This document shows, in pieces, positions 27,363 through 49,738 of a stretch of DNA of 64,000 bases. Within the stretch, counting starts at the first letter, position 1. Every line of letters starts with the position of its first letter. The notes below the pieces were generated by a model. That model was given only the letters and a program-made list of their open reading frames with translations, was not told where the DNA came from and ran no database searches. The position numbers and the translations under genes were made by a program. Origin of the DNA: the human T2T-CHM13v2.0 reference genome, Homo sapiens; NCBI RefSeq assembly GCF_009914755.1, contig NC_060943.1; one strand, given 5' to 3'.

Positions 27363-27477
27363 GTGAGTGTCTCTGACCAGCGATGGGGCAGGAGTTTGGG
27401 TACAGGAGGCAGGTATGGGAAAAAGAGGCCCAGTCCTGCTGCTGAATTGGTGTACGACCTTGAACTAAGGGTTTCTA

Positions 27478-27903
<426 letters not shown>

Positions 27904-27932
27904 TCATTAGAGCTCTCCCTGGTCCTTCACAG

Positions 27933-28009
27933 CTGGAAAGGAGAACATAGCACCCCAGCCTCAGACCCCCCATGGGGCAGTCCTGCTGGCACCGACACCC
28001 CCCGGGAAG
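27933..28009 (+). CDS. DMRTC2: DMRTC2 coding exon 3
   Basis: cacag|CT GGA AAG GAG AAC ... GGG AAG|gtaagg; phase consistent. Confidence 0.9.
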
Positions 28010-28275
28010 GTAAGGAGAGGCTGGGGCCTGAGAAAGTGTCCCCCACCCTAGTTCCTACCCAGACCCTTTCTTCTGTGCCCTCAACACCTGGGTTCTAGCC
28101 CCAGCCCTGGTTTGCTATGTAATCTAGTCAAATCACTGCTCTTCTCTAGGCAAAATGAGGGGAAAACGAGGGCCTCCCAGCCCCAAAGTTTTGGGGTTCT
28201 GCCCGTATCCCAGAATACACTCAATCCTTTTCCAGCCTTGTACCCAACTCCAGCCTGTGCCCTCTGCCCCTGCAG

Positions 28276-28456
28276 AACTCCTGTGGGCCTCTGCTGCTCA
28301 GCCATCCCCCGGAAGCCTCGCCCTTGTCCTGGACTCCGGTGCCTCCTGGCCCTTGGGTCCCTGGACACTGGCTGCCTCCAGGCTTCTCCATGCCACCACC
28401 AGTGGTGTGCCGCCTGCTGTACCAAGAACCTGCTGTCTCTCTGCCTCCCTTCCCTG
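28276..28456 (+). CDS. DMRTC2: DMRTC2 coding exon 4
   Basis: tgcag|AAC TCC TGT; WTPVPPGPWVPGHWLPPGFSMPPPVVCRLLYQEP; G|gtaag. Confidence 0.9.
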
Positions 28457-28610
28457 GTAAGATGATAATTCAACATTCATTCAACATATATTTGAGTGCC
28501 AATCTGCCACATATTGGAGAGGGAAGAGGAAGAAAGCATAGGTGGGGAGAGGGAGGAAAGAAACTATGACCTTGGCCCCTATACACTCTGCATTCTTTTA
28601 TTCTTATTAG

Positions 28611-28737
28611 GCTTTGACCCTGGCACCTCCCTCCAGCTGCCCACTCATGGGCCCTTCACCACCTGCCCAGGATCTCACCCAGTACTGACAGCTCCTCTTT
28701 CTGGAGAGCCCCAAGGGCCCCCTAGCCAGCCCCGCAC
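28611..28737 (+). CDS. DMRTC2: DMRTC2 coding exon 5
   Basis: attag|GC TTT GAC CCT ... CGC AC|gtgagt. Confidence 0.9.
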
Positions 28738-29276
28738 GTGAGTAGGGAGAGAAGGATGTGTATCATAAGCCTAAGCCTGTGCTGTGTCCAACCACAGTGC
28801 TGGTGTCCAACCACAGTGGATAATGAAGATGAAAAGGTCTCTGACTAATAGGCAAGGCAGAGCTCTCCTAGTACTGCCATTTCCTAGCTGTGATGCTTTG
28901 GACAATTATCTTTACCTCTCTGAGCCTGTTTTTCTATCAGTAAATTGGAGACACTATTACTTACCTCTCTGATTGTTGTAAGAATTAGCAATAATGTATG
29001 GAATAGACCTAGCACAGACTCTTTAATGGTAGCTGTTATATCTGCTTAGACAGATTTGATGGGGTAAGATTGCCTGCTGATATGGGGGGCAGAGATGATG
29101 AGAGCCTCAGAGACCCAGGAGAGGGGCCAGAGGCCATTAGGAAAAGCTTCCCAAAGGTGAGCCAAGCTCTCCTTCAAGTTCTATGGTGACTGGGGAACTG
29201 GGGGAATGGGACCCAGACTCTGATAGGTCAGGGACAGTAATCTCAGTCTTCTAGGTGTTTTTTTAAAAACCGGCAT

Positions 29277-29572
29277 CAGGTGGGGCCTGGTGGCTCACAC
29301 CTGTAATCCCAACACTTTGGGAGGCTGAGGTGGGAGGATTACTTGAGGCCAAGAGTTTGAGACCACCTGAGTAACTGAGCGAGACTTCGTCTCTACAAAA
29401 AAATTAAAACAGCCAGGAATGGTGGTGCACACCTGTTTTCCTGGCTACTTAGGAGGCTGAGGTGGGAAGATGGTGTAGGCCCAGGAGTTCAAGCTTATGG
29501 TGAGCCATGATCACACCGCCACTGCACTCCAGCCTAGGTGACAGAGCAAGAGCCTGTCTCAAAAAAAAAAAA
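29277..29572 (+). mobile_element. Alu (AluJ-like)
   Basis: Diverged Alu dimer. Confidence 0.85.
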
Positions 29573-29792
29573 GACACTAGTGATTTCCCATAATCCTCAC
29601 AGTAGCCCTGGGAGGAAAAACTGGCAAGGATTTTTACTTTACTGAAAACAAAATAAGTCAAGACACAGCTTAATGGCCCAGCAGGCTCTCAGATTCCCAG
29701 ATCAAAACATGGCAAAATCCTGCCCCTCTTTCAATGTGTGCATGTCTGTTCATCTGTTTAACCACCCTGGCATCTTCTCTCCTTGTTTCTAG

Positions 29793-29853
29793 ACACTCAA
29801 CTCTGATACTCCAGCCCTGTGGCACCCCAGACCCTCTTCAGCTACAGCCACAG
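29793..29853 (+). CDS. DMRTC2: DMRTC2 coding exon 6
   Basis: tctag|A CAC TCA ACT CTG ATA CTC CAG CCC ... CCA CAG|gtcctg. Confidence 0.88.
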
Positions 29854-30006
29854 GTCCTGGGAAAGAAGTGGGATCTAGGGCCCTGGGAGGAGGTTGAGCC
29901 TGGGGAAGGAAAAAGCAGGAAACTGAAGGAAGCAGGGGCTGAGGAACACTTAGAGGGTGGGCAGAAGCGGGGGTTCCCAGTCTGCTTGTCTCCCTTTCCC
30001 TTGCAG

Positions 30007-30181
30007 GCCTCTGGAGCCTCGTGCCTGGCCCGGACATCTGGTCCCTCAGAGTGGCAGCTGCAGCAAGAGGCAGCTGAAGCCCTCGTGGGGCTGAAAGATT
30101 CATCCCAGGCTCCTCGTGTGACCCCTTCTGTGCCCCCCAACCCTGCCTGGATCTCCCTGCTTCACCCCTGTGGCCCACCAG
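30007..30181 (+). CDS. DMRTC2: DMRTC2 coding exon 7
   Basis: ttgcag|GCC; ASGASCLARTSGPSEWQLQQEAAEALVGLKD...; G|gtgggc. Confidence 0.9.
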
Positions 30182-31064
30182 GTGGGCCATGAAAGGAGAG
30201 GATGGATAGGGATGGCTGGGAAATGGAGATCACTGAAGTACACAGGGACTAACCAAGGAGATGAGGGGGTCGACAGGTTGAACGTCTTCAGGCCCAGGAC
30301 CCCAAGCTCCTCAGCCTGGCCCCTGGGATTGCAGTTGAGAGTTATTCAGTGAATCCATTTTATCAGTTTGGCACTCGACAGCAAATTTCTTGATATCAAG
30401 GAAAGTGGGGCACTGAGAAAGGCAGGGACTTGCCCAAGGGCATATAGTGAGACAGTGGCAGGGAACCCAATGCTCTGTCTCTGGACCCAGGCTGCCTGCT
30501 GAAGTCTGAAGTGGGGTCTGGCCTGGGAGGAGGTCTGATAAGTGCCTTCAAGGAGCTTACGTTCTAGTTAGGGAAATTGGATGCCTTCACAAGGCTCAGT
30601 GACAAACCTGAAGAAGATTGGAGGAACCTTGAAGAGTGAGAAACACCTAGGGGGACAGACAGGGAAAGCTGCGAATTCTCTTGTCCAAATAGTGGATTGG
30701 GCAGACTGGCCTGGAGGAAATGCTAGAACAGAGGGAAAGGAGGCTGGAGAGGCTTCTGATGGTGGAGATCTGGCATGCCAGGCTTAGGTGTCTAGAACAG
30801 CAACTGTATGTGAAGGGGAGCCAGGGAACGTTTCTGAACTAAGCAAGGACAAATTCAGAGACCCTGAGCTTTAGAAAGACAAGTGGGTGGCTTTGATGGA
30901 CGGTTTGGAGGAGGCAAGACTGGAGGTGGGAAAATTAGCAAGGAGGTCTGTGAAATAATCCAGGAGAACAATGATGAGGCCTGGATTGGATTCGGTAAAA
31001 AGAGGGGGTTGCTAGAAGGAAAAACAGGTGTGACCTGATCCTGCCCCTTCCTTCTTGCCTGTAG

Positions 31065-31177
31065 CTCCTGCTGGAGGAAGAGGATTCCAGCCTGTTGGCC
31101 CCTGTCTTCGACCCAGCCCAGCCCCCTCTGTTGCTCTGCATATTGGCCGTCTGGGGTCCATCTCCCTCCTGAGCTAG
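31065..31177 (+). CDS. DMRTC2: DMRTC2 last coding exon
   Basis: tgtag|CT CCT GCT GGA...; [17 protein letters not shown] (TAG 31175-31177). Confidence 0.92.
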
Positions 31178-31439
31178 AAACCCAGAGATGGAGGCTGTCT
31201 TGCTATGGCAGGGAGGTGACAGCCTGCTGGCACTGTATATTTAGTGTCTTACTTAAGGATTTATGCATGGAATTTAATGTAGTACAAGCTTCGGGCTTTT
31301 TTGTTTGTTTGTTTGTTTGTTTGTTTAAGCTTTCAGGTGCTTCATTAGCTTTCAGTTCCTTTGGTAGTGTGGGCATTTCCTTGGCTGACAGTGGATATTC
31401 TTGTACCCTTCTTGGGTCCTGGGATCTCTTGAAATCCCC

Positions 31440-31792
31440 AATAAAGAGAGAGTTGTGCTATTTAAGCTGACCAGTATCTATAAACGTGTTTGCATGAGTT
31501 TACATCCCAGGATTCCATGATTCTGTAAATGCCTATGCATTCATGTCTGTCTCCATGCATGTGAAAACAGGAGAGTGTTTTCATTTTGTGTCTAGGTTTG
31601 TGTGAGTAAGCAAGAAATAAACCTTTGTTGTTGTAAGCCACTGAGATTTGGAGAGTGTTACCACAGCCTAACCTAGTCTATCCTGACTGACAGAAAGGAC
31701 TTGTTCATTTCGCTTCTCAAAGTGAAAAATCTGTTATCCAATAGCTACCATAGATGAAAACAAACTTGGATTTTTTTCTTTGTCCAAATAAA
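31440..31792 (+). terminator. DMRTC2: DMRTC2 candidate poly(A) signals (AATAAA at 31440, 31616, 31787)
   Basis: Three hexamers downstream of the stop codon. Confidence 0.6.
31600..31692 (+). mobile_element. MLT1 (MaLR LTR) 3' end
   Basis: AATAAACCTTTGTTGTTGTAAGCCACTGAGATTTGG...AGCCTAACCTAG...CCTGACTGACA resembles the MLT1 LTR terminus. Confidence 0.7.
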
Positions 31793-31875
31793 AAAAAATG
31801 ATGTAAAGAAATAATGGGGGATTCACTGATTAATTGCCCGCTCTGTGCCAGGCATAGACAGTTTCCAGCTGTCTA

Positions 31876-32200
31876 GAGGGGCTACAAATCGAAATGCCTA
31901 CAGGGCTGAGCAGATCAAATAAATGAGTAAAGAAGGCCAGATGGACCCTGGCAAACTGAGAATGGATGCCTTGCCTAAGGAGCAGCCTCCTTTTGGCCCT
32001 AGCAGATTACTGCCAGGCGGGAATGTGGACTCAGTGTTGCTCCATCTTCTGATTTTTTAAGAGAAACTGGAAAACTAGATTTCCATGTAAAACATCTTAA
32101 TTTTCAAATGTTGGCTCAGTTTTCTTCTTTAAATTCTATACGTGCCAAATAAAACATATTTTCAGGCTAGCTTTGGCCAGTGGAATACCAATTTGATACA
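31876..32200 (+). mobile_element. MER102-like hAT-Charlie DNA transposon
   Basis: GGGGCTACAAATCGAAATGCCTACAGGG...CAGTGTTGC..ATCTTCTGATTTTTTAAGAGAA...CCAATTTG resembles my recollection of the MER102 consensus. Confidence 0.65.
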
Positions 32201-34636
32201 TTTTCCAGATGGGGAAATTGAGGCTAACCAGAATAGAAAGAATCGAGTTAGTCTTTATCACAAGTTTTTCCTCAACTAGGGAGGTTCACGTGTCTGAGTT
32301 TCGAAGGATCCATAAAAGGTTAAGAAACATTTATTACCATTTATTGAGTGCCCACTCCATTTGATTCACATATCTTCACAGCAACCCTGGAAGTTATGCA
32401 GGATGGTTCCCATTTTACAAGTGAAGAAACAAGCTTAAAGAGGTAAAGTAACTTGCCCAAGTGTTTTAGGGGAAATTTCTAGGCAGAGATCAGAGGAGGG
32501 TTCCTTCTCTTTGCCAGGCTCCAAATTAGTTAATAATGTTTATAAAGCATTGGGCCGGGTGTGATAGCTCACACCTGTAATCCCAGCACTTTGGGAGGCC
32601 AAGGCAGGAGGATCGCTTGAGCCCAGGAGTTTGAGACCAGCCTGAGTAACACGGGGAGACCCTGTCTCTATAAAAACAAATAAATAAAAGCATAGAATGA
32701 AAGATGCACCACTCCTTTCCCCAATCAGGACTCCAGAAGATACATACAAGTCAAGAGTTTTTCAAAAAAGTCTTTTATTTTTCTCCTCAAGATATCATTA
32801 AGAATAAGATCTTACCTGCATTTGTTTCTCAGTCCTCTGGTGTCAAGTCCTTCTCCTTGAACCATTCAGTACATAGGAAAACCTGTTGAGCTATTCCAAA
32901 GACATGAAGCCTGGAGACCCCCTTCCCATTCCCACCCTTAGAAGGGGCTCAAGGGATGTGCTTGATCACTGATTCTTTTTCCTGATGTTACCTACACCCC
33001 TTGTTTTACTCAAGATGATTGATGGTGATGACATCCAATTACAACTTGTTATTTCTTATTTGGGATTTTGAGAGGGTGGGTTTCTTCTCCTCCCTAGCAG
33101 AGTACAGAGTAACAAACCTGCAGCACTTCTCAGGAGATACTGAGATATCAGGAGACCAAAGTCGGCTTCACACCCTTCTTCCCTCCCCTTAGCTATAACT
33201 TAGATATATGATTGCTCCTTAATAGACCTGCCTAAGACTTGGTGTGCCATGCTTTCCTAGTGACAGATGACCAGGGCCACAAAGTCACAGAGAAAGGAAG
33301 CACTGCAACATGCAACATGGCTGAGATTCTGCTACTCAGCACTGACCAAGGGTCCTCTGTACACCAAGGTCACAGAGCTGAGAAGGGTAAAAGAGAAAGT
33401 ATAATTTGGGGTTAAAGGATGGCATGAAAAGGGGAGGAAAAGAGGAAGTGATGGAGATTGGGGGAAGGAGTAGACTAGAGGTCACCTCTCCTTCACCTCT
33501 CCTCCAGTACCCGGCCTTCAGTACCCAGCCTGGGCAAGGCTTTTCACACCAGTTGGCCAGGCCAACTTTGTCTTTCAAATCGTTAGGGCCCCCCATTAGT
33601 GCCTGAGGGAAAGGGCCAGAGCTTCTGCAGATGTCAGTCTTAGGGAAAAGAGCAGATTTAAGAGTTGCTCATGCTCCTAAGTTGTTGCCTGTTCAGGTGC
33701 AGCACTCTTCACCTGTGGTTGTAGGGAGCCAGTAGGCTCCTGGCCTCTTCTTGGCTCTGAGAGATTACAGATAATAGACTGTGAGCACTGTTTCCTATAC
33801 TGCCCCCTTTCCCACTTCCCAGTGCCAGGTAGGGAAAGGTATTGCCATGGTCCAATAAAGTACTGAGTAAATCATCTCCCTTCTAAACCTTCTTTGTGTA
33901 CCCTCTTGGCACTCTGCAGACTTAACCAATGAGGTCCCAACTATGAAGCACCGTCCCTGTTCCTCTCTCTCCTCACAAGACTCCTCCCCACAGTCACCCA
34001 GGTTTTATTTCAGGAGCTTATTTCACATTCTGCCCTTTGGGAATCCATGCTCCTTTCGCTTCAGCCCTACATTAACTTGCTCCACTCCTGACCTCAATTC
34101 TCGTCCAACGTAGAACTGACATCATACACTTATCCCATCCAGCCTATACGCAGACCCTCATTGCTTCGTCCACATAGGCCTCATTCTGCACCCCTGTTCC
34201 ATTGTGTAGCTGGCTTTGCAGCCCTGACACGTTTGCATAAATACAGTCCTATAACCCCTACCCTGCATGGGCCTTCACAAGATCCTGAACTCTTCACAAA
34301 ACCAAAGTTCATCCTTTTCATCCAACTCAAAATAATATGTTAAGCCTCTCAGGCAGAGTTCCCTATGTTCCCAAGGGGCCACTGGTCTCTACTTCATAGT
34401 CCTGATCACCCTGAGCTGTGCCTATCTATGTCCATCTATGTCTCCCCCTCAGAGAATAAGCACTCTCAGAGCACAGGACTTGCCTGCAGCTCCTCCTTGG
34501 GAGCTCAGAATAAATGACTGAGTAAAATACGTTCTGTCTGATTCCTTAGGAATTGTTTTTTCCTACTGAGTTAACACACTCCAATGCTGCCCCTCTCCTC
34601 ATCAAAATGTGAACTTTCTGACCTCAAACCATTTTT

Positions 34637-37037
<2,401 letters not shown>

Positions 37038-37924
37038 ACAGGCATGAGCCTGTAATCCCAGCACTCTGGGAGACCAAGGCGGGTGGATCACAAGGTCAGG
37101 AGATCAAGACCATCCTGGCTAACACGATGAAACCCCGTCTCTACTAAAAATACAAAAAATTACCCAGGCGTGGTGGCGGGAAACTGTAGTACCAGCTACT
37201 CGACAGGCTGAGGTAGGAGAATGGTGTGAACCCGGGAGGTGGAGCTTGCATGAGCAGAGATCACACCACTGCACTCCAGCCTGGGCGACAGAGCGAGACT
37301 CCGTCTCAAAAAAAAAAAAAGTTTATTGCAAAAGCTTGAGTATCTTCAGTTGTGGCTTCAAATCCGGGCTCAGGCTTTAACCTTATGTGACCCTGGACAA
37401 ATGACTTGACTCTAAGGCTCAGTTGACTGGTCTATAACCACCTCACAGAGTTGTCAATTATGAACCTGTAAAAACTAACATGTACAAAAATTAACACCAG
37501 GGACACAGTGCTGAGAAACTGTGTTCTCTAAAATCACAGACTGCCAGAATTTTTAAAAATCTTTAAAATCATAACAATAGTGAAAATGGGACATCTCATT
37601 CTTACCTGGAAAGTCTAAGTCACTTTGACACAGAGAAGCAGTCATGATCTCAGAGAAGCGGTTTTTAGAGACAACATTGTACATTTATCTAAACTTTCTA
37701 ATGTCCAAGGAAGCAGAATCCTGGGTCTGCTCCTCGCCCAGGCATGATGTTAGCTCCGTTGCATAAATACATGCCTGCTTTGCCTTATGTCCATCAAAAC
37801 TCTGCTTTATATAAATTTTACCTAAGCTTCACTCTTCCCAAAATCCTATATTCACCCTGTCTCTTCCTTTGGTCAGGCACTCCAGAGTTCCTCTGGAGAG
37901 CTTTAAAAAAAAAAATTAAATTCA

Positions 37925-38280
<356 letters not shown>

Positions 38281-39139
38281 TTAAATAATAATTACTTAAA
38301 TTATAAAAAGTGAATATAAATTACCCAAGTACCTGGAGATTTCCAGTTAGACATGCATATATTACCCACTTTGAATACATATGGAAATATGTATGTGTTG
38401 GTTCTGGAAAAACAATTGAGATAATGAAAATATTTTCTCAAGTTTTAGAAACAGTATGAGATAGGTTTCAACAACATTCTACATGAATGTAAAACCTTGA
38501 TTTAAATATATGATCTTATGCTAGAAGCATGGTTGGTTTTAATTTTTCTAACAGATACGAGTCTTGGCTTATTAATAATTAACACATTTTGCAGCCACAG
38601 TATCAGTGTGGGGTAAAATTCTAATATTTGCTCTTATGTTTTAAATTCTCAGTCTTTCCAACATAAGAAAATAGCTACACACATTTCAGTGTTTCCTTTT
38701 TGCAACAAGTTAACATAATTTTATTGGACCACGTTATTTAGTTGTTGGGCCTTGTAAGGATTAAATGAGATCATGCATGTAACACTACAGTAACAGCCAC
38801 ATGATAAATGTCCAAATAATATTTACCTGTGCCTGGCACAGAGCAGGCACTCAAAAAATATTTTTTAGAGCATGTGACGCGCCATGAACCAGAGGAGCCA
38901 CTTTAAATGGACAAACGGGGATCTCATTTTTTTTTTTTTTTTTAATGGTGAGACAAGCCCTGAGAAGGCAAATGGACTGCCTAAAGCTACACAGGTCAGC
39001 GGGGCAGGTAAATCTAAATTGGCAAAGTAAGGGCTGAGCGAACAGACTCCGACACTAGAAGGCAGAGCTGAACTAACTTCTGCTAAGGTCCCGCCTCTGC
39101 CGCTTTGTCCCGCCCTTATCTTCTCCCCTCCTCCAGCGC

Positions 39140-40329
<1,190 letters not shown>

Positions 40330-40593
40330 TGAGTTTGGGGACTGAGGTTCAAAACGGGTGGAGGCTGTCGCCTTGGCCTGCCCATCTGAGCCCCAGTGTT
40401 TGCCGGTCCTGGCAGGGGAGGCTTGTTTGGGGCCTCCGTGGCTCCTTTCAGCGTGAGGCCTGGCTTGTGTTCCGGTTCCAGCCTCTCTTTGTACTCTGGG
40501 CACAGCATAGTTGTGTTGAGGGGAGGGCATTTGGGATATGGGGTAGTTTGTGGAGATGACTGAATCGTGCTTTTCCCACTGTTTTGGTCTTAG

Positions 40594-40694
40594 GTCCGGG
40601 AAGCTGAAAGTCCCCGAATGGGTGGATACCGTCAAGCTGGCCAAGCACAAAGAGCTTGCTCCCTACGATGAGAACTGGTTCTACACGCGAGCTG
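40594..40694 (+). CDS. RPS19: RPS19 exon 3
   Basis: [33 protein letters not shown]; ttag|G ... G|gtgagg. Confidence 0.98.
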
Positions 40695-42519
40695 GTGAGG
40701 AACTTAGGTCTTTGGCTGGAGAGTGGGGAGCTGGGTGACCCCTGGCACAAACCATACTTCCCTGTCTCCTCTGAGCTCTTTCCCGCCCCAAGAGGGAGAG
40801 AAACCCTTGGTTGTGTCACCACTTGCTTTGTGTGATGTGACATTCGATAACTTGGTACTCCAAGTTTTTATGACATTCTAAGAGCTTTGTGAGAGGAGGA
40901 CCTGTGGCTTTGAGCCTCAGGGGAAACCAGAGACAGATGAATGTTCATATTTTGCTTACAGGTGGTTTAATCCTTTCTATATACACGGAGGCAGACTCCC
41001 TGGGTTTGGATCCATCTTTTACATCTGGCTGTGTGTCCTCTGGCAAGTTGGTTAACCTGCCTGTGCACTCTCTCATCCCCAAAATGGGACTAATTATTGT
41101 ACCAGTACTAGAGTATTGCAAGGATTGAATGAATTTAAAGCAGAGTGTTTAGAACGTGTCTGTTGCACAGTAGTTATTCAGGAAAAAGCCAGTTGTCTTT
41201 ACTATTGCTCAGATCATCAAGTTAGCCTTCTCCATATCTCTAACAGGCTGTTTCTAACTAAATGGTTGGAGATCTGGCCAGGTCAGTCCCTGCTTTAAAT
41301 CTTGACTTCTGATCTTATGGACACCCTGCAACCTCGTGCCAGCCCCGTCTCTTTTCGATCTTCCAATAATAATTTACGTACAGTCCCTGACTAGTGTTAG
41401 TTCTCACGTGTCTTAATATTTCAGTACTCACTAAATCTTCACTTTCAGGAAGATGTAACAGGGTGGGCGGTGGCAGTGCCGTGTTATGTCAAGGTGACAG
41501 CCTTAGCACCGACCTTCACTAACTAAGGGGCCTCGGCCTCTCCAATCTTAAACCTTCTCTCTCTGTGAAGTGGGGACTCCATCCTGACCACAACTTGTCT
41601 CCAGATAAGAAGTAGGTGGGAAGCAGGGTTTGGAAATCGGCAAAGCTCCTCCATGACCCTGAAAAGAGTTGGCCTTGGTACAGGTTGCTTGGCCCTTCAG
41701 AATATGAAGCATTTTGTAGATTTGTGGTACACTTGTGCCTCAAATGTCTATTGGGGCCCACTCTTTCAGGCCATGGAGTGAGCACAGAGGACCAGCATAA
41801 CTCAGCCGCGGCCTCTGAGGACTGAAAGATGAACTTGCTGAGGTGGGTCGGGTTGCTGGCATACCACCTACCCACCGTTTGTTTTAGACAGAAAATGGGG
41901 CGGATGAAGAGAAGCTGACTTCCCTGGGCGCACAGCAGTGACAAGCCCTGGAAGTTACATATCTCCTCCACCTGTCCCCCCATCTTGCTTTGGCAGTGCC
42001 TCAAGGGTCAGTTGGTCAGAGCAGCTTTGGATCTGGGATTAGCCTTTCTCATTTGCTGGGGTGAAGACACGTTCTGCACATACCAAATACCTCCAAAGTA
42101 GGACTGTATGTGTCTTGTACATTTTTTTTTTTTTTTTAACATGGGGAGGGATTAACAAGAGATGGCATTAAGACCTTGGATAATAAACCTAGTTGCATCT
42201 GCTGGTCATGGTAGAGCTGCTGTGGTCCCTTGCAGCCCACAGTGGCCCTGCCTGGAAACCTCAAGCAGGATGTGCATCTTCTGCCTGCCTACTGATCTCC
42301 ATCACTTGGAGTACCCCAAAGGCCTCTTTTTCACCTCACTTGCCCAGCTGTCCTAGCGGCATAGGATGGTTGTGTGGTAGACCAGAGGCCTGTTGTGTAT
42401 ATTTTTGTTGGGTTATAGCCACCCCTGTGTATCTACATGCACAAGGGCAGAGTTGTAGTTGTGGCAGAAGCTGTAGCCTACAAAGCCTGAAATATTTCCT
42501 ACCTGACCCTTTATTATTT

Positions 42520-47293
<4,774 letters not shown>

Positions 47294-48476
47294 TTAAGAA
47301 AAAAGAAAAAGCACTAATACGGTGTAAATAATTGTTACACTGTTTTGAATTGTAGTTTTTTTCCCCTAAATATTTTTGATCCACCCTTGGTTGAGTCTGT
47401 GGATATGAAGGGCTGGCTGTATCTGGACCTGATCTCAGGGCAGGAGTGGGCTGGGAACAAGCGGTGTGTAAGAACTGTTTCTGGGCAGAAGCAGCCCACC
47501 CCACACAGACTACTGCCTGGCACTTGGCAGTTATGGAAGAACCCCCAATTCCCCCACTTGATCTTTAGAACTAGAGGAAAGAAATCACTAGAGCAGACTC
47601 AGACCAACTTGCTGATCTCTGGGTCCCAGGAACAAACCAGACTCTGCTCTGAGCTCCAGAGCTAGGCAGGACCATGTGATGGCTGAAATCTGGGTGCTTC
47701 CTGCATGTGGGCCCCGGTGCCATCACAGTGGCAGGACAGGGCAGTTCCTCCAGAGCTGTGTGACACGGAGCCAGTGAGTACCCTCTGGCACCTCAGTTTC
47801 ACTCTTTAAAGGAGAGTAGCACTTGACACACCTGTTGAGTCCTCAGAGTAACCCGGCCCTCAGGTGAAGCAGGGTGGAGAGATCGAAAAGCATTTGGCAC
47901 AGGGCCTGGCAGATGTGTGCTCCAGTTAATAGAAGCGTGCAAGCGTTTCTGGGGAGGCTGGTGTGTCGACTGGATTTTACGGAGCTTTTTTTGCAGGCAA
48001 GGAGGCTGGCTGGGGTGGACCAGGGACTTGCCCAAGCCAGCCTTCCCTGTGTCTGCAGAGGGGCTGGTACACATTCCAAGCAGGGGGCACCCACTGCACA
48101 GAGTGTCTGCCCTGCCCTTGTTATCCTGAGCTCTCCAGACTGAGGTGGCCCGGAGAGTGGCAATAGGTCCCTTCACTCCTGCTTCTCTGGGGCCCATGGA
48201 GATGGTCACAGCTAGGCTCCACCCCTACATAACCTCAGGTTCAATTCAACAGCAGTGCTGCTGGGATAGTAACCACTAAAGAAGTTGGCCCTGGAGATGG
48301 TGGGAGTGCCCACCCAGGGTGCAGGGCTGTTTGTCAAGGAAGAGCTAGCCGGGGGGGTGGGTGAGGAGAGGGGGCTGTCAGTTTCTGGGTGTTAGTGTGT
48401 GTTTTCAGTTTCCCTTCTTATAAAACAGTGAGAATTAGCTGTTTACACACAAGGAATTGTTTACCTGAGACCTTGA

Positions 48477-48698
<222 letters not shown>

Positions 48699-49109
48699 TA
48701 AGCAGGGTAGGGGGGGCTGCATTGATGGAGTAGCCTTGAGGCCCGGTCATCAATTCCCCAACGAATGGTCCTGCATAGTCTGCCCAGCCCCTCAGGCCCC
48801 TCCTATCAGAGGCAGGCAGGAGGGGATTCTGCAGAAAAGCAAACAGCACGGGGCCTCACCCCGACCTCTCTGGCTGACTAGCCCAGGCTCCAGGAGGGTA
48901 ATTTAGCGACTATCTGCTTTCATTAGCCTGCTCGTTAACTTTTCCCAATTGATTTTTCGGGGCTTTTGATCTAAATGCTTGCACAAACAACACCCCGTCA
49001 GCTCCCAGGGGGGCTCCCACTACTGCCCCCAGCTCGTTAGAATGCACCTGACTAGGGCCCTCAGTGGGACTTGGCTGGCGGCAGGTGGCTTCTTGAGAAG
49101 CCTGGCTCA

Positions 49110-49181
49110 CAGCCAGGAGGGAAGGGGCTGAGAACAGGACCTGTGCTCACTGGGGCCTGCATGACCCTTCCCTCCCCACAG
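49110..49181 (+). ncRNA. MIR6797: microRNA 6797 hairpin (5'-tailed mirtron at the 3' end of RPS19 intron 4)
   Basis: GGAGGGAAGGGG arm pairs with CCCTTCCCTCC arm, and the hairpin ends at the acceptor AG; matches recalled hsa-mir-6797. Confidence 0.85.
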
Positions 49182-49236
49182 CGGCCGCAAACTGACACCT
49201 CAGGGACAAAGAGATCTGGACAGAATCGCCGGACAG
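49182..49236 (+). CDS. RPS19: RPS19 exon 5
   Basis: GRKLTPQGQRDLDRIAGQ; cacag|C ... CAG|gtaagg. Confidence 0.98.
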
Positions 49237-49444
49237 GTAAGGCCTGCGTTTGGGGTGGGGCTGGGTCCCTTAGTCGCTGCCCAAGCATTTCCAAAGCCCA
49301 TACTTCGTCAGGTAGACTTATTTCCTTCTCTGGAGGGCACAGCCCAGGGTGCTGGTGGGGTCAGAGGAGGGCTGCCCAGAGACAGGAGAAAGGACAGTCC
49401 TGTCTGACTTTTCCTGTTGGTGCTGCTTAGAAATTTGGAGGCAG

Positions 49445-49738
<294 letters not shown>

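Noticed and set aside
41517-41612. Possible cryptic exon in RPS19 intron 3 (CACTAAC branch point, pyrimidine tract, AG at 41570)
   Set aside because: An AG lies right after the branch point and the donor is weak; cannot be supported without RNA data
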